This document shows, one piece after another, positions 17,913 through 26,834 of a DNA stretch of 64,000 nt. Each line of letters starts with the position of its first letter. Position 1 is the stretch's first letter. Below the pieces are notes generated by a model that worked only from the letters and a program-made list of their open reading frames with translations, was not told the origin of the DNA and did no database searches. The stretch is from NCBI GenBank assembly GCA_965227275.1, contig CBDDFU010000001.1, forward strand, positions 3,076,979 to 3,140,978, given 5' to 3'. Position numbers and translations under genes: made by a program. The stretch comes from Pirellulales bacterium. GTDB taxonomy: Bacteria > Planctomycetota > Planctomycetia > Pirellulales > JAEUIK01.

Positions 17913-18725
17913 GTGGCAAAGTTCTCAACTCAATTCTCCGCCTTGCTTCTGATATTCACGCTCATGGCGACGGGTTGCCAGTGGGTACCCAAGTCGCAGT
18001 ATGCCGCGGCCGAAACCAAGAACCGCCAACTGGTCGAGCAGGTTCGGGCCCAACAGGCCGAAATCGAAACACTCAACGCCCATCGACATCGGGTAGAAGA
18101 TCAACTCGTGGCCACCGAAGATCAATTGGCCAAACTTTCCGAACAGGCGGGAGTTGATCGATCGCTGTTGTCCGACTTTCGTCGGCAGGGTCAGTTGATG
18201 AACGATGCCTTGCGTGGAGCACGCGGCGGCGTTCCTTCTCCGGTCGAGAGACGCCTGGCCGAGCTTGCCCAACGTTATCCGAACTTGCGATACGATCCGC
18301 AAACCGGGGTGAGCAAACTGCAAACCGATTTGCTGTTCGACACTGGGGACGCCAACCTGCAGCCGAACTCCCGTCGGGCACTCGACGAATTGGCCGACAT
18401 TCTCACGACCAACGAAGGTCAGGATCTGAGAATCGTCGTGGCCGGGCATACCGACGATCGGCAGATTTCCAAACAACCCACCCGTGAGCAGTATCCGGAC
18501 AATTGGCATCTCAGCACGGCCCGGAGCCTGGCGGTCTGCGAATACCTCAACGCTCGCGGAGTCCGTGGCGACCGCATGGGGGTGGCCGGGTTCGCCGAAC
18601 ACCAGCCGATTGCGGCGAATGCATCGCCCGAAAAGCGGCAAAAGAACCGCCGGGTCGAAGTATTCCTCATGGCCCCCGACACCCCAGTTGTAGGGTGGAC
18701 CGACACCATGACGAGCCTGTACTAA
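17913..18725 (+). CDS. OmpA/MotB-family peptidoglycan-binding lipoprotein
   Basis: It has a lipobox LMATGC, an N-terminal coiled coil, and a C-terminal OmpA-like domain (AGHTDD...NWHLSTARSLAV...RRVEVFL). Confidence 0.8.
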   Translation: MAKFSTQFSALLLIFTLMATGCQWVPKSQYAAAETKNRQLVEQVRAQQAEIETLNAHRHRVEDQLVATEDQLAKLSEQAGVDRSLLSDFRRQGQLMNDALRGARGGVPSPVERRLAELAQRYPNLRYDPQTGVSKLQTDLLFDTGDANLQPNSRRALDELADILTTNEGQDLRIVVAGHTDDRQISKQPTREQYPDNWHLSTARSLAVCEYLNARGVRGDRMGVAGFAEHQPIAANASPEKRQKNRRVEVFLMAPDTPVVGWTDTMTSLY

Positions 18726-18850
18726 CAGCCGGCTTCGTGCAGAATCTGGCGTTCTCAAGCGTCCCAATTTGCCAGGTTGCGATGGCAATTCTCCGACGGG
18801 TGCGACCTTTTACCACGGTCGGATTCTGTACTTTCCGCAGCATCTGCTTC

Positions 18851-18888
18851 TATAATGACTAGAAGCTTATGGACAAGGAACTTGTCCA
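18851..18888 (+). promoter_or_regulatory. candidate -10 box (TATAAT) followed by a perfect palindrome TGGACAAG-GAA-CTTGTCCA upstream of the lipoprotein gene
   Basis: TATAAT is at 18851..18856 and the 19-bp perfect palindrome is at 18870..18888, about 100 bp upstream of the ATG at 18988. The palindrome half-sites are the same 8-mers as in the repeat family. Confidence 0.3.
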
Positions 18889-18987
18889 CTGCGAGCCCCC
18901 GCCTTGCTCGCTCGCAGATGGTTCGATCGCTCTCCCAACGGCCCCATGGCACAGAAGTTGTGGCAGATGATGCACGCAGACTCCTCG

Positions 18988-20139
18988 ATGAGGAAAATCC
19001 CGGCTGCGAAACCACCGTTGCGATTCGCGGCTGTGTTGTTCGTGAGCACCTTGGTTGCACTGACTGGCTGTAATTCTCAAGAAGACATCCGTGCCTACAC
19101 GGTGCCCAAATCGCCGCAGGCCCAGGCAAGCCGTGGTCCGTCGGCGGAACCGGTGCAGGGCATCGAGTCGCGGATGCTGGCCGCCATTGTGCCGCATGCC
19201 GACCAAAGTTGGTTCTTCAAACTGGTGGGGCGGGACGAAACCGTCGCTGGTTTGCAAGAACCCTTCATGGAGCTGATTCGTTCGATCCGCATCGACGAAG
19301 GGGCCGCCGCCCCAACATGGGAACTGCCACAGGGCTGGGAGCAAAAACCGGCCGCCGGGATGCGGTATGCCACGATTCTACCGTTGCCCGATGAGCCGAC
19401 CGTGGAACTGACGGTCATCCCACTACCTACCACCGGACAGGATGAAACCGAATACGTCCTCTCGAATATCAATCGGTGGCGAGACCAACTAGGCATGGGG
19501 CCCATCGGTACCGAAGCGCTTGAGTCGGCGCTAAAGATCGAAGCTCCAGAACCCACGGCCGAAATCCAAACCGTTGCACTGGGCGACGCACAGAATGCCG
19601 TGGTGGTGAACATCGCGGGAATCAGCTCGCCATCGCCACCCATGGGTCGTGGTGGTCCGTTTGCCTCCCCAGGTGCACCCCAGGGTCCCATGGTGCCTGG
19701 CCCTACGCGACCTACTGCCCCCGTAGCAAGCTCGCTGAAGTACGACGTGCCCGACGGCTGGGAAGAGGGACCCGCCGGTGGGATGCGAAAGGCTTCGTTC
19801 AAGGTCACTCACGATGACCAGATGGCGGAAGTCACCGTGATCGATTTGCCGGAGTCCGGACTCGTACCCAATGTGAACCGATGGCGGCAACAGATCTCAC
19901 TGCCGCCGCTATCACCGGGTGAGATTGAAGAGCAAGCGGAAGTGATCGATGTCGACGGCCATCAAGGTCATCTGGTCGAGTTGTGGGCCGACGAGTCGGA
20001 CAACGCGGCGTCGGCGATCCTGGCGGCGATTGTGAATGTGCAAGGCAAATCGTGGTTTATCAAGCTAAGCGGTCCCACCGGCGTGGCGAAGGCCCAACGT
20101 GACGCCTTTCGTGCTTTTTGTGAATCCATTCAGTTCTAA
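18988..20139 (+). CDS. lipoprotein with internally duplicated, permuted domain
   Basis: The start was set at MRKIPAAKPPLRFAAVLFVSTLVALTGCNS (lipobox). Two copies of a unit PxGWExxPAAGMRxA...EVTVIxLP...VNRWRxQ are flanked by two copies of AAIV...SWFxKLxG....F....SI, giving a B-A-A-B order. Confidence 0.6.
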   Translation: MRKIPAAKPPLRFAAVLFVSTLVALTGCNSQEDIRAYTVPKSPQAQASRGPSAEPVQGIESRMLAAIVPHADQSWFFKLVGRDETVAGLQEPFMELIRSIRIDEGAAAPTWELPQGWEQKPAAGMRYATILPLPDEPTVELTVIPLPTTGQDETEYVLSNINRWRDQLGMGPIGTEALESALKIEAPEPTAEIQTVALGDAQNAVVVNIAGISSPSPPMGRGGPFASPGAPQGPMVPGPTRPTAPVASSLKYDVPDGWEEGPAGGMRKASFKVTHDDQMAEVTVIDLPESGLVPNVNRWRQQISLPPLSPGEIEEQAEVIDVDGHQGHLVELWADESDNAASAILAAIVNVQGKSWFIKLSGPTGVAKAQRDAFRAFCESIQF

Positions 20140-20165
20140 CTCGGGTTCTATTGATATAGGCGTTC

Positions 20166-23100
20166 TTGAGAACCTTTCTTAAACCCCCTGACGTGACCAT
20201 GGCTACGAACACCATCTCGGTTCAACCCGATCCGATGCCCGAAGTGCAGTCGACCCCTCAGCGGGGCCGGTCGCAGCCCCCGGGCGTTGTGCGGCAGATC
20301 GTCGAGGCATTGGCATCGCTGAAACTAACGGTGACTCTGTTTGCGATGGCCATCGTGATTGTGTTTGCCGGCACCCTGGCACAGGTCGACCAGGACATCT
20401 GGCAGGTCATCGACAACTACTTCCGTGTGCCATTTGCGTGGATTGACTTTCAGGTCTTCTTCCCGCCTTCGTTCTTTCCCAGCCAACCGCAGATTCCCGG
20501 CGGGATCTATTTCCCCGGTGGCTGGCTGATTGGCGCGGCCATGGCGGTCAATTTGCTGGCGGCTCATGGCATTCGATTCAAGGTCCAGGCCAAAGGCGCA
20601 CGATTGCGATGGGGCGTGGCTACGATCGCTGTCGGCTGCGTGCTGACCTGGCTGGTGGTCGTCAGCGGTTCGAATACCGAAGGCATCTACGAGGCGGCCG
20701 GGGCCGGATGGGATACCGTCTGGGACTGGCTCAAGTTGGGGCTCGTGGGCGTCTGGATCGCGTTGGCCTACGTGCTTTGGGGAACGTCTCGTGAAAAAGC
20801 GTTGGAGCGGTGGTCGATCATCGGCGGTCTGCTGGCGGTAGCGGCCGTGTTGGCCTATCTCATCATCGGGGGCGATGCTGCCCGAATCAGCGATTCCTCG
20901 ATGCGGATCCTATGGCAACTCATCAAGGGCACGGCAGCCGGCGTTGTGCTGTTGGCCGGTTGTGTCATGGTTTTCAAGAAACGGGCCGGCATCGTCCTGC
21001 TGCACGGTGGCATTGGCCTGATGATGTTCAGCGAGTTTCTCGTGGGCATTCAGGCCGTCGAAGGGCAGATGGTCATCGCGGAAGGTGAAACGGTGAACTT
21101 CGTGCAGGATATCCGCGAAGTGGAATTGGCCGTCATCGATCGCTCGAACCCCGAGCATGACGATGTGGTTGTTGTGTCCGAGCGTGTGTTGAAGGGTAAA
21201 GAGCCCATCAAGAGCCCGCTGCTGCCGTTTACGATCGACGTGCAGCAATTCATGGACAACTCGGTAGGCCATAGGTTGAAGGATGGCGAGTCGAACTCCG
21301 CAACAGCGGGCTTTGGCCTCAATTGGGTTGTCGAGGAAGTCCGACCGGGGGCGGGTACTGATTCAGGCGGCCAAGTCGATGTTGCCTCGGCCTATATCAA
21401 GCTCGCACCGACCGACGGGTCGCCTGCGTTGGGCACCTTTTTGGCGAGCCAAGAACTCAAGCCACAGCCGGTAACCGTGGGCAACAAAACCTACGACATC
21501 GCGCTACGTTTCAAGCGAACCTATAAGCCGTATTCTTTGGAACTGATTGACGTTCGCAAAGACGATTACATCGGGACATCGACACCAAGCAACTATTCCT
21601 CCGACGTGCAGTTGGTCGATGGCTCGAGAAACGTCGATCGCAAAGTAAAAATTTGGATGAACAACCCGCTACGGTTCGCGGGAGAGACGTTCTACCAAAG
21701 CGGTTATCGGTCCGCCGCCGACTCGCCTGACGGGATCGAGGTAACTACCTTGACCGTCGTGACGAACCTGGGCTGGATGATCCCTTATGTAGGCTGCATG
21801 ATCGTGGCCACGGGGATGCTGGCTCAATTCCTGCAGACATTGCTGCGGTTTCTGCAACGGTGGCGAACCGAAAAAACATCGACCACCGAGGTGGCTGAGA
21901 CCAAAGAGGTCGGTTCGTTCAGTTGGACGATTGTCATCGTGCCGGCAGTTGTCTTCGGGTTGGCCGCCATGCTGCTTGGTCGCGCGGCCATGGTGCCGAG
22001 CCCAGCGGAGAACGAGCCCAACCTGTACGAGTTCGGCAAAGTGCCGGTGGTGTACAAGGGCCGCACCAAGCCGATCGATACGCTGGCCCGCAATAGTTTG
22101 CGCATTCTTTCGCATCGCGAAACCTTCAAGGATGCCGACGGGAAGACGCAGCCCGCCATTCGTTGGATGGCCGACCTGCTGGCCAAGCCCGAGACGGCGC
22201 TCGACTACAACGTCATCCGCATCGACAATCTCGAGTTGCTCGAAACCTTGGGGCTTACTCGCAGAGAGACCCACCGCTACGCCTTGTCCGAGTTCTTCGA
22301 TCACATGGACGAACTCAGCAAACAGGCAGCTTTGGCGCGCAAGACCGACCCCAACCAGCTAACCACCTATCAGAAGAGCGTCGTGGCCCTGGAAGAGAAG
22401 ATCGGGCTGGTCGATCTTCTACTGCAATCGTTCAGCCTGCCACAGATCCGCTCGGAGAACGTCAAAGAGGATCTGCTGACCACGGTCCAGCGGCAGGAAA
22501 TGCTCTCGGGTCGCGAGCCGCCGCTGCTGATTCCGCCGATGGACGAGAAGGATACGTGGAATACCTACGCCTCGGGTTGGACGAAGGATTTCATCCGTCT
22601 GAATCTCATCCAGGACGACAACATTAATCCGGCCACCAACGCGGTGACTGAAATGTTGGCCTCTTACGCGGACGGCAACGCCAAAGAGTTCAACGAGCAC
22701 GTGAGTGATTATCGGGCGATGGTTGCCGGCAACGACTTTGCGACGGTGAACCCTCGCAAGGTGAACTTCGAAGCGTACTTCAACCATGCGGCCCCGTTCT
22801 TCTATGCATCCTGGTTGTATCTTCTGGCGTTCGTCTTGATCGCCTGCTCGTGGCTGGGGTGGTCGCAAACCCTAGGGCGGGCAGCCTTCTGGCTGATCGT
22901 GTTCACGTTCTTCGTCCACACGGCAGCACTGTTGGCAAGAATTTACATCTCGGGCAGACCCCCGGTGACGAACCTTTACTCCTCGGCCGTGTTTATCGGT
23001 TGGGGCTGCGTGATCTTCGGGCTCGTCTTCGAACGGGTCTACCGTCTGGGCGTCGGGAACGTGATTGCCGCCGTGGCTGGGTTTGCCACTTTATTGATCG

Positions 23101-23732
23101 CCCACTTCCTGGCCGGCGATGGTGATACCTTCGTCGTGCTGCAAGCCGTGCTCGATACCCAATTCTGGCTGGCAACCCACGTGGTCTGCATCACATTAGG
23201 GTACTCCACCACGTTTGTCGCGGGGTTGTTGGGATTGTTGTATGTATTGCGAGGGGTGTTCACCTCCACGCTCACGGCCGACGTCGGCCGCAACCTTATC
23301 CGCATGATTTACGGAACCTTGTGCTTCGGGCTGTTCTTCAGCTTCGTAGGCACCGTGTTGGGTGGACTGTGGGCCGACGATTCGTGGGGCCGCTTCTGGG
23401 GATGGGATCCGAAAGAAAACGGGGCGCTGATCATCGTCCTGTGGAATGCCCTGGTGCTGCATGCTCGCTGGGGCGGTATGGTTCGCAGCCGAGGACTTGC
23501 CGTGTTGGCCATCGCCGGCAACATTGCCACGGCCTGGTCGTGGTTCGGCGTGAACGAACTGGGTGTTGGGCTGCACTCATACGGGTTCCACGACGGCATG
23601 CGTACGGCCTTGGCCATCTTCGTTGGTAGCCAACTGGCGATCATCGCTTTGGGCTCGTTGCCGCTAACCTGGTGGATGAGTTACCGCAACGGTGGACCCG
23701 ACAACACGCCGACGGTTGCACCCACGGGTTAA
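20166..23732 (+). CDS. ccsBA: cytochrome c biogenesis protein, fused ResB/CcsB-CcsA (system II cytochrome c synthase)
   Basis: The protein is 1188 aa. The N-terminal ResB-like part has a large periplasmic domain. The C-terminal polytopic part carries the Trp-rich WWD motif WADDSWGRFWGWDPKENG and His-containing helices. Confidence 0.85.
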   Translation: MRTFLKPPDVTMATNTISVQPDPMPEVQSTPQRGRSQPPGVVRQIVEALASLKLTVTLFAMAIVIVFAGTLAQVDQDIWQVIDNYFRVPFAWIDFQVFFPPSFFPSQPQIPGGIYFPGGWLIGAAMAVNLLAAHGIRFKVQAKGARLRWGVATIAVGCVLTWLVVVSGSNTEGIYEAAGAGWDTVWDWLKLGLVGVWIALAYVLWGTSREKALERWSIIGGLLAVAAVLAYLIIGGDAARISDSSMRILWQLIKGTAAGVVLLAGCVMVFKKRAGIVLLHGGIGLMMFSEFLVGIQAVEGQMVIAEGETVNFVQDIREVELAVIDRSNPEHDDVVVVSERVLKGKEPIKSPLLPFTIDVQQFMDNSVGHRLKDGESNSATAGFGLNWVVEEVRPGAGTDSGGQVDVASAYIKLAPTDGSPALGTFLASQELKPQPVTVGNKTYDIALRFKRTYKPYSLELIDVRKDDYIGTSTPSNYSSDVQLVDGSRNVDRKVKIWMNNPLRFAGETFYQSGYRSAADSPDGIEVTTLTVVTNLGWMIPYVGCMIVATGMLAQFLQTLLRFLQRWRTEKTSTTEVAETKEVGSFSWTIVIVPAVVFGLAAMLLGRAAMVPSPAENEPNLYEFGKVPVVYKGRTKPIDTLARNSLRILSHRETFKDADGKTQPAIRWMADLLAKPETALDYNVIRIDNLELLETLGLTRRETHRYALSEFFDHMDELSKQAALARKTDPNQLTTYQKSVVALEEKIGLVDLLLQSFSLPQIRSENVKEDLLTTVQRQEMLSGREPPLLIPPMDEKDTWNTYASGWTKDFIRLNLIQDDNINPATNAVTEMLASYADGNAKEFNEHVSDYRAMVAGNDFATVNPRKVNFEAYFNHAAPFFYASWLYLLAFVLIACSWLGWSQTLGRAAFWLIVFTFFVHTAALLARIYISGRPPVTNLYSSAVFIGWGCVIFGLVFERVYRLGVGNVIAAVAGFATLLIAHFLAGDGDTFVVLQAVLDTQFWLATHVVCITLGYSTTFVAGLLGLLYVLRGVFTSTLTADVGRNLIRMIYGTLCFGLFFSFVGTVLGGLWADDSWGRFWGWDPKENGALIIVLWNALVLHARWGGMVRSRGLAVLAIAGNIATAWSWFGVNELGVGLHSYGFHDGMRTALAIFVGSQLAIIALGSLPLTWWMSYRNGGPDNTPTVAPTG

Positions 23733-23812
23733 CCCATTTCGAGTGAGATGCGGCGGACGTATCCAAGCTGATCAATTGCCCTAATGATTCTTCGCGGCTT
23801 TGCTCTGTCAGG

Positions 23813-25087
23813 CTATCGTGAAGATGCGCGGGTAGGTTCCGGAAGCCATTCGGCCAGACTAGCAATTGGCTTACTCAGTATCGCCTCGTCAGGGTTCCCG
23901 ATAGCCAGGGTGCGCAGCACGGCCGTTACTGGGAGAGGATTCTGCGGTTCAACCAAAATGGTGTTATGGGGCCCGGCCAGAATCACACCGGCATGTTGCC
24001 CCTGCTGTTGGTTCTGAGCCCGCGCTGCAATTGGTTGCTGTCCTCGAATGAGGACACCTTGGTGGTTGATGGTTACATCAGCACGAAGCCGCTGATAAGA
24101 CACCATGCCGCCGGTGCGAGTGGAACCCACTTCCAAAAGTGGCATCTGCAGTTCTCGACTGGCAGTTCCCAGCAGTTCTTGACTAATGCTGCCAGGTCCC
24201 GCATCGATGTGGGCTTCAGCCAGTTGCAGCCGTCCCTGTTGCATGATCGCCTTCTCGGTGATTCGCACGCGTGCCTTCCCCATCAGGTTGTGGCCGAAGT
24301 TGTCCGACACAAGCGACTGCAGGTCGACCTGTTCAAAGACACCGACGATTTCGCCACGACGTCCGTCGGAGGCGTCGATCGTCCAGAAGCTACCGACGAA
24401 CGTGGCATCGTTGCCCAAATCACTCCACCCTGCGGCGAATTGGCCCAACAACGAGCAGGGCAGGGGAGTGCCGCCGGTCTTCAGGAAGACGGTCGTTTCC
24501 GCGGGGTTCGAATCTCGATTGCGGATTAGCTTGATGGCGTTTTCGCCTTTCGCTTCGTCCCCAACCAGGTGAAAAACGACATCAACCACCGGCCCAGAAG
24601 TTCCCATGCTACTAGTGGCCGAAAGCGAGACGTTGGATTGCCGTGCATCATCGGCCTTCAACGTTAGATCTTCGACACGCACCCTCCAGCCTTGGTCGTG
24701 GTTTCCGTCTGTCAGCCGGCGGTGCAATTCTTCGTACAATCGCTGAGCCCGCGTGGTATGGAGTGTCGTAGCGTCGGCCGTTACATAAGTTCCGCGACTC
24801 GTGTCGTGGATCTCCAAGGTGGAAGTGCTTAGCAGCGGGTTGCCGGTCTCTGGGTCGGTCAACTCAAGACCTTCGATGCGCGTTACCCCGGGTCGCGGGT
24901 ACGTTACATCGGCTAGCAATACGCTAACGGCCAGGGCGTTGGCCAGCGCATCACGCAGGGCCATCTGATGGAGCGGTGCGGTTCGCCACGCACCGAACAC
25001 CGCGATGGCCGTGGTGGGCAGAATACAGACCACGCAGAATACCACGCGGCAAGCGAGACGTCGGGCTTGAAACAGTCTGGGGAACAT
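23813..25087 (-). CDS. membrane-anchored hypothetical protein
   Basis: The protein is 424 aa. Its N-terminal hydrophobic segment is VVFCVVCILPTTAIAVFGAW. It has no recognised motifs. It is convergent with ccsBA and lies downstream of aroC. Confidence 0.5.
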   Translation of the reverse strand: MFPRLFQARRLACRVVFCVVCILPTTAIAVFGAWRTAPLHQMALRDALANALAVSVLLADVTYPRPGVTRIEGLELTDPETGNPLLSTSTLEIHDTSRGTYVTADATTLHTTRAQRLYEELHRRLTDGNHDQGWRVRVEDLTLKADDARQSNVSLSATSSMGTSGPVVDVVFHLVGDEAKGENAIKLIRNRDSNPAETTVFLKTGGTPLPCSLLGQFAAGWSDLGNDATFVGSFWTIDASDGRRGEIVGVFEQVDLQSLVSDNFGHNLMGKARVRITEKAIMQQGRLQLAEAHIDAGPGSISQELLGTASRELQMPLLEVGSTRTGGMVSYQRLRADVTINHQGVLIRGQQPIAARAQNQQQGQHAGVILAGPHNTILVEPQNPLPVTAVLRTLAIGNPDEAILSKPIASLAEWLPEPTRASSR

Positions 25088-25131
25088 CCTTGTTCACCTG
25101 ATCGCTCGAACTGGGGAATTCAAATGGCCCG

Positions 25132-26268
25132 TTAACGTTCGCGGGCCATTTCGAGAAACAACTTCCAACGGGCCTGCATCTCGGCGATGCTGTCGCCACC
25201 AAACTTTTCGACCAGGGCCCTGGCGATTTCGAAGGCCACCACGCATTCGATGATGACACTGCCGGCCGAAAGGGCACACACATCGCTGCGTTCGTAGGCG
25301 GCCGACTCGGGCTTCTTGGTATTCAGGTCGATCGACTCCAACGGCTTTCGCAGGGTGCTAATTGGCTTTTTCGCGGCGCGAATGACAATTGGTTGACCGT
25401 TTGTCATCCCCGCTTCCAACCCGCCGGCATTGTTCGTGGGACGGGTGTATCCCAAGTTGGGAGAGGATGACTGGGCGGGATCGTACCCAATGGGGTCATG
25501 AACTTGGGAACCGCGACGACGGGCCGCTTCGAATCCCAGCCCGATTTCCACTCCCTTGAATGCCTGCACCGCCATCACGGCATGTGCCAGCCGCCCATCC
25601 AGCTTTTGATCCCATTGTGCGTGGGTACCCAAGCCGAAGGGAACGCCTTCGACCCGAACTTCGACCACGCCGCCCAGCGTATCGCCCTCTTTGCCGCAAC
25701 GGTCGATCATCGTTTTCAGTTCTTCGTCGCGACTGGGGTCGAGCGTGTACAGCTCGCTGGCCTCACGCAGCCGAATCTGTTCTTCCAGCGTGCAAGGCCG
25801 CGGTTCGATCGCCACATTTCCAAGTTCAACGACATAGCCGAAGGCCCGAATGCCAAATACGGCTAGCAGCTGTTGAGCCAAGGCTCCCGCTGCCACGCGG
25901 GCCGCCGTTTCTCGGGCGCTGGCTCGTTCGAGCACTCCTCGGATCGAGCCGAGGTACTTCACCGCGCCGGTCAGGTCGCCGTGCCCAGGGCGGGGGCGAG
26001 GCAAATCTTCCAGGCGTTCCAGTTTGTAGTCTTTGTTGACGACCTGTAGTTGGATCGGGCTGCCAAGGGTCTTGCCCTGCCAGATCCCAGTCATGATCTC
26101 GACGGTATCGGTTTCAATGCGTTGCCGCCCGCCACGACCATAGCCGCCTTGCCGGCGGCGAAGCTCCGAATCGATGGCGTCGGTGTCAATTTCCAGCCCG
26201 GCTGGAAACCCGTCGACAATCGCCGTCATTACCTTGCCGTGCGACTCGCCGGCAGTCCAATAGCGCAT
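25132..26268 (-). CDS. aroC: chorismate synthase
   Basis: The N-terminus MRYWTAGESHG is typical of AroC, and there are Gly-rich FMN-binding stretches. The start was set at the internal Met (ATG at 26268..26266), not at the ORF-track start 26343. Confidence 0.9.
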   Translation of the reverse strand: MRYWTAGESHGKVMTAIVDGFPAGLEIDTDAIDSELRRRQGGYGRGGRQRIETDTVEIMTGIWQGKTLGSPIQLQVVNKDYKLERLEDLPRPRPGHGDLTGAVKYLGSIRGVLERASARETAARVAAGALAQQLLAVFGIRAFGYVVELGNVAIEPRPCTLEEQIRLREASELYTLDPSRDEELKTMIDRCGKEGDTLGGVVEVRVEGVPFGLGTHAQWDQKLDGRLAHAVMAVQAFKGVEIGLGFEAARRRGSQVHDPIGYDPAQSSSPNLGYTRPTNNAGGLEAGMTNGQPIVIRAAKKPISTLRKPLESIDLNTKKPESAAYERSDVCALSAGSVIIECVVAFEIARALVEKFGGDSIAEMQARWKLFLEMARER

Positions 26269-26834
26269 GAGAATCAACCACTTGCGAAACAAGAGACGTT
26301 GGTGTCTTCCCCCTGAAAGTCGGGAAAACACCCCAGAATCCACTCAATTGTATCTGCCGAACTCGGTTGCGGACAGGTCGGTTGAAGGCGCGGAATTCCC
26401 GTGATTCAAGCGAGATTCGTAGCTGGCGAGACCAAGCAGGATCTCCAAAATTGGACGAACGAGCCTGCGTGATAGCAGATCTCAATTGGTGACCGTGCAG
26501 CGCGCGGCGGGGCAGCGCCTTGATTGGTTCCCCCTTGACTGATATCGCCATGTCGTAGTGCGGGATTGGCGATTGCGGGCGGACGCCCCCTCACTTGTAT
26601 GAGAAACACTTGGACCATTGTTCACGGTTCACGTCGAGCGACATGGCGGTTTGAAGTTTAACAGCAAGCTGCACAGGCGATGCCCAAATGCACCTTCGAT
26701 TGCATCCATATCGAAACGTTGTTGCCTTACACAAATGGAGGATCAATAAATTCTCAAAATTCGTGATTGAAGACATGAAATACTTATCATGAGGTATTTG
26801 GAGGAAGACGTGCTCCGGCAATACAATGCTCGTC

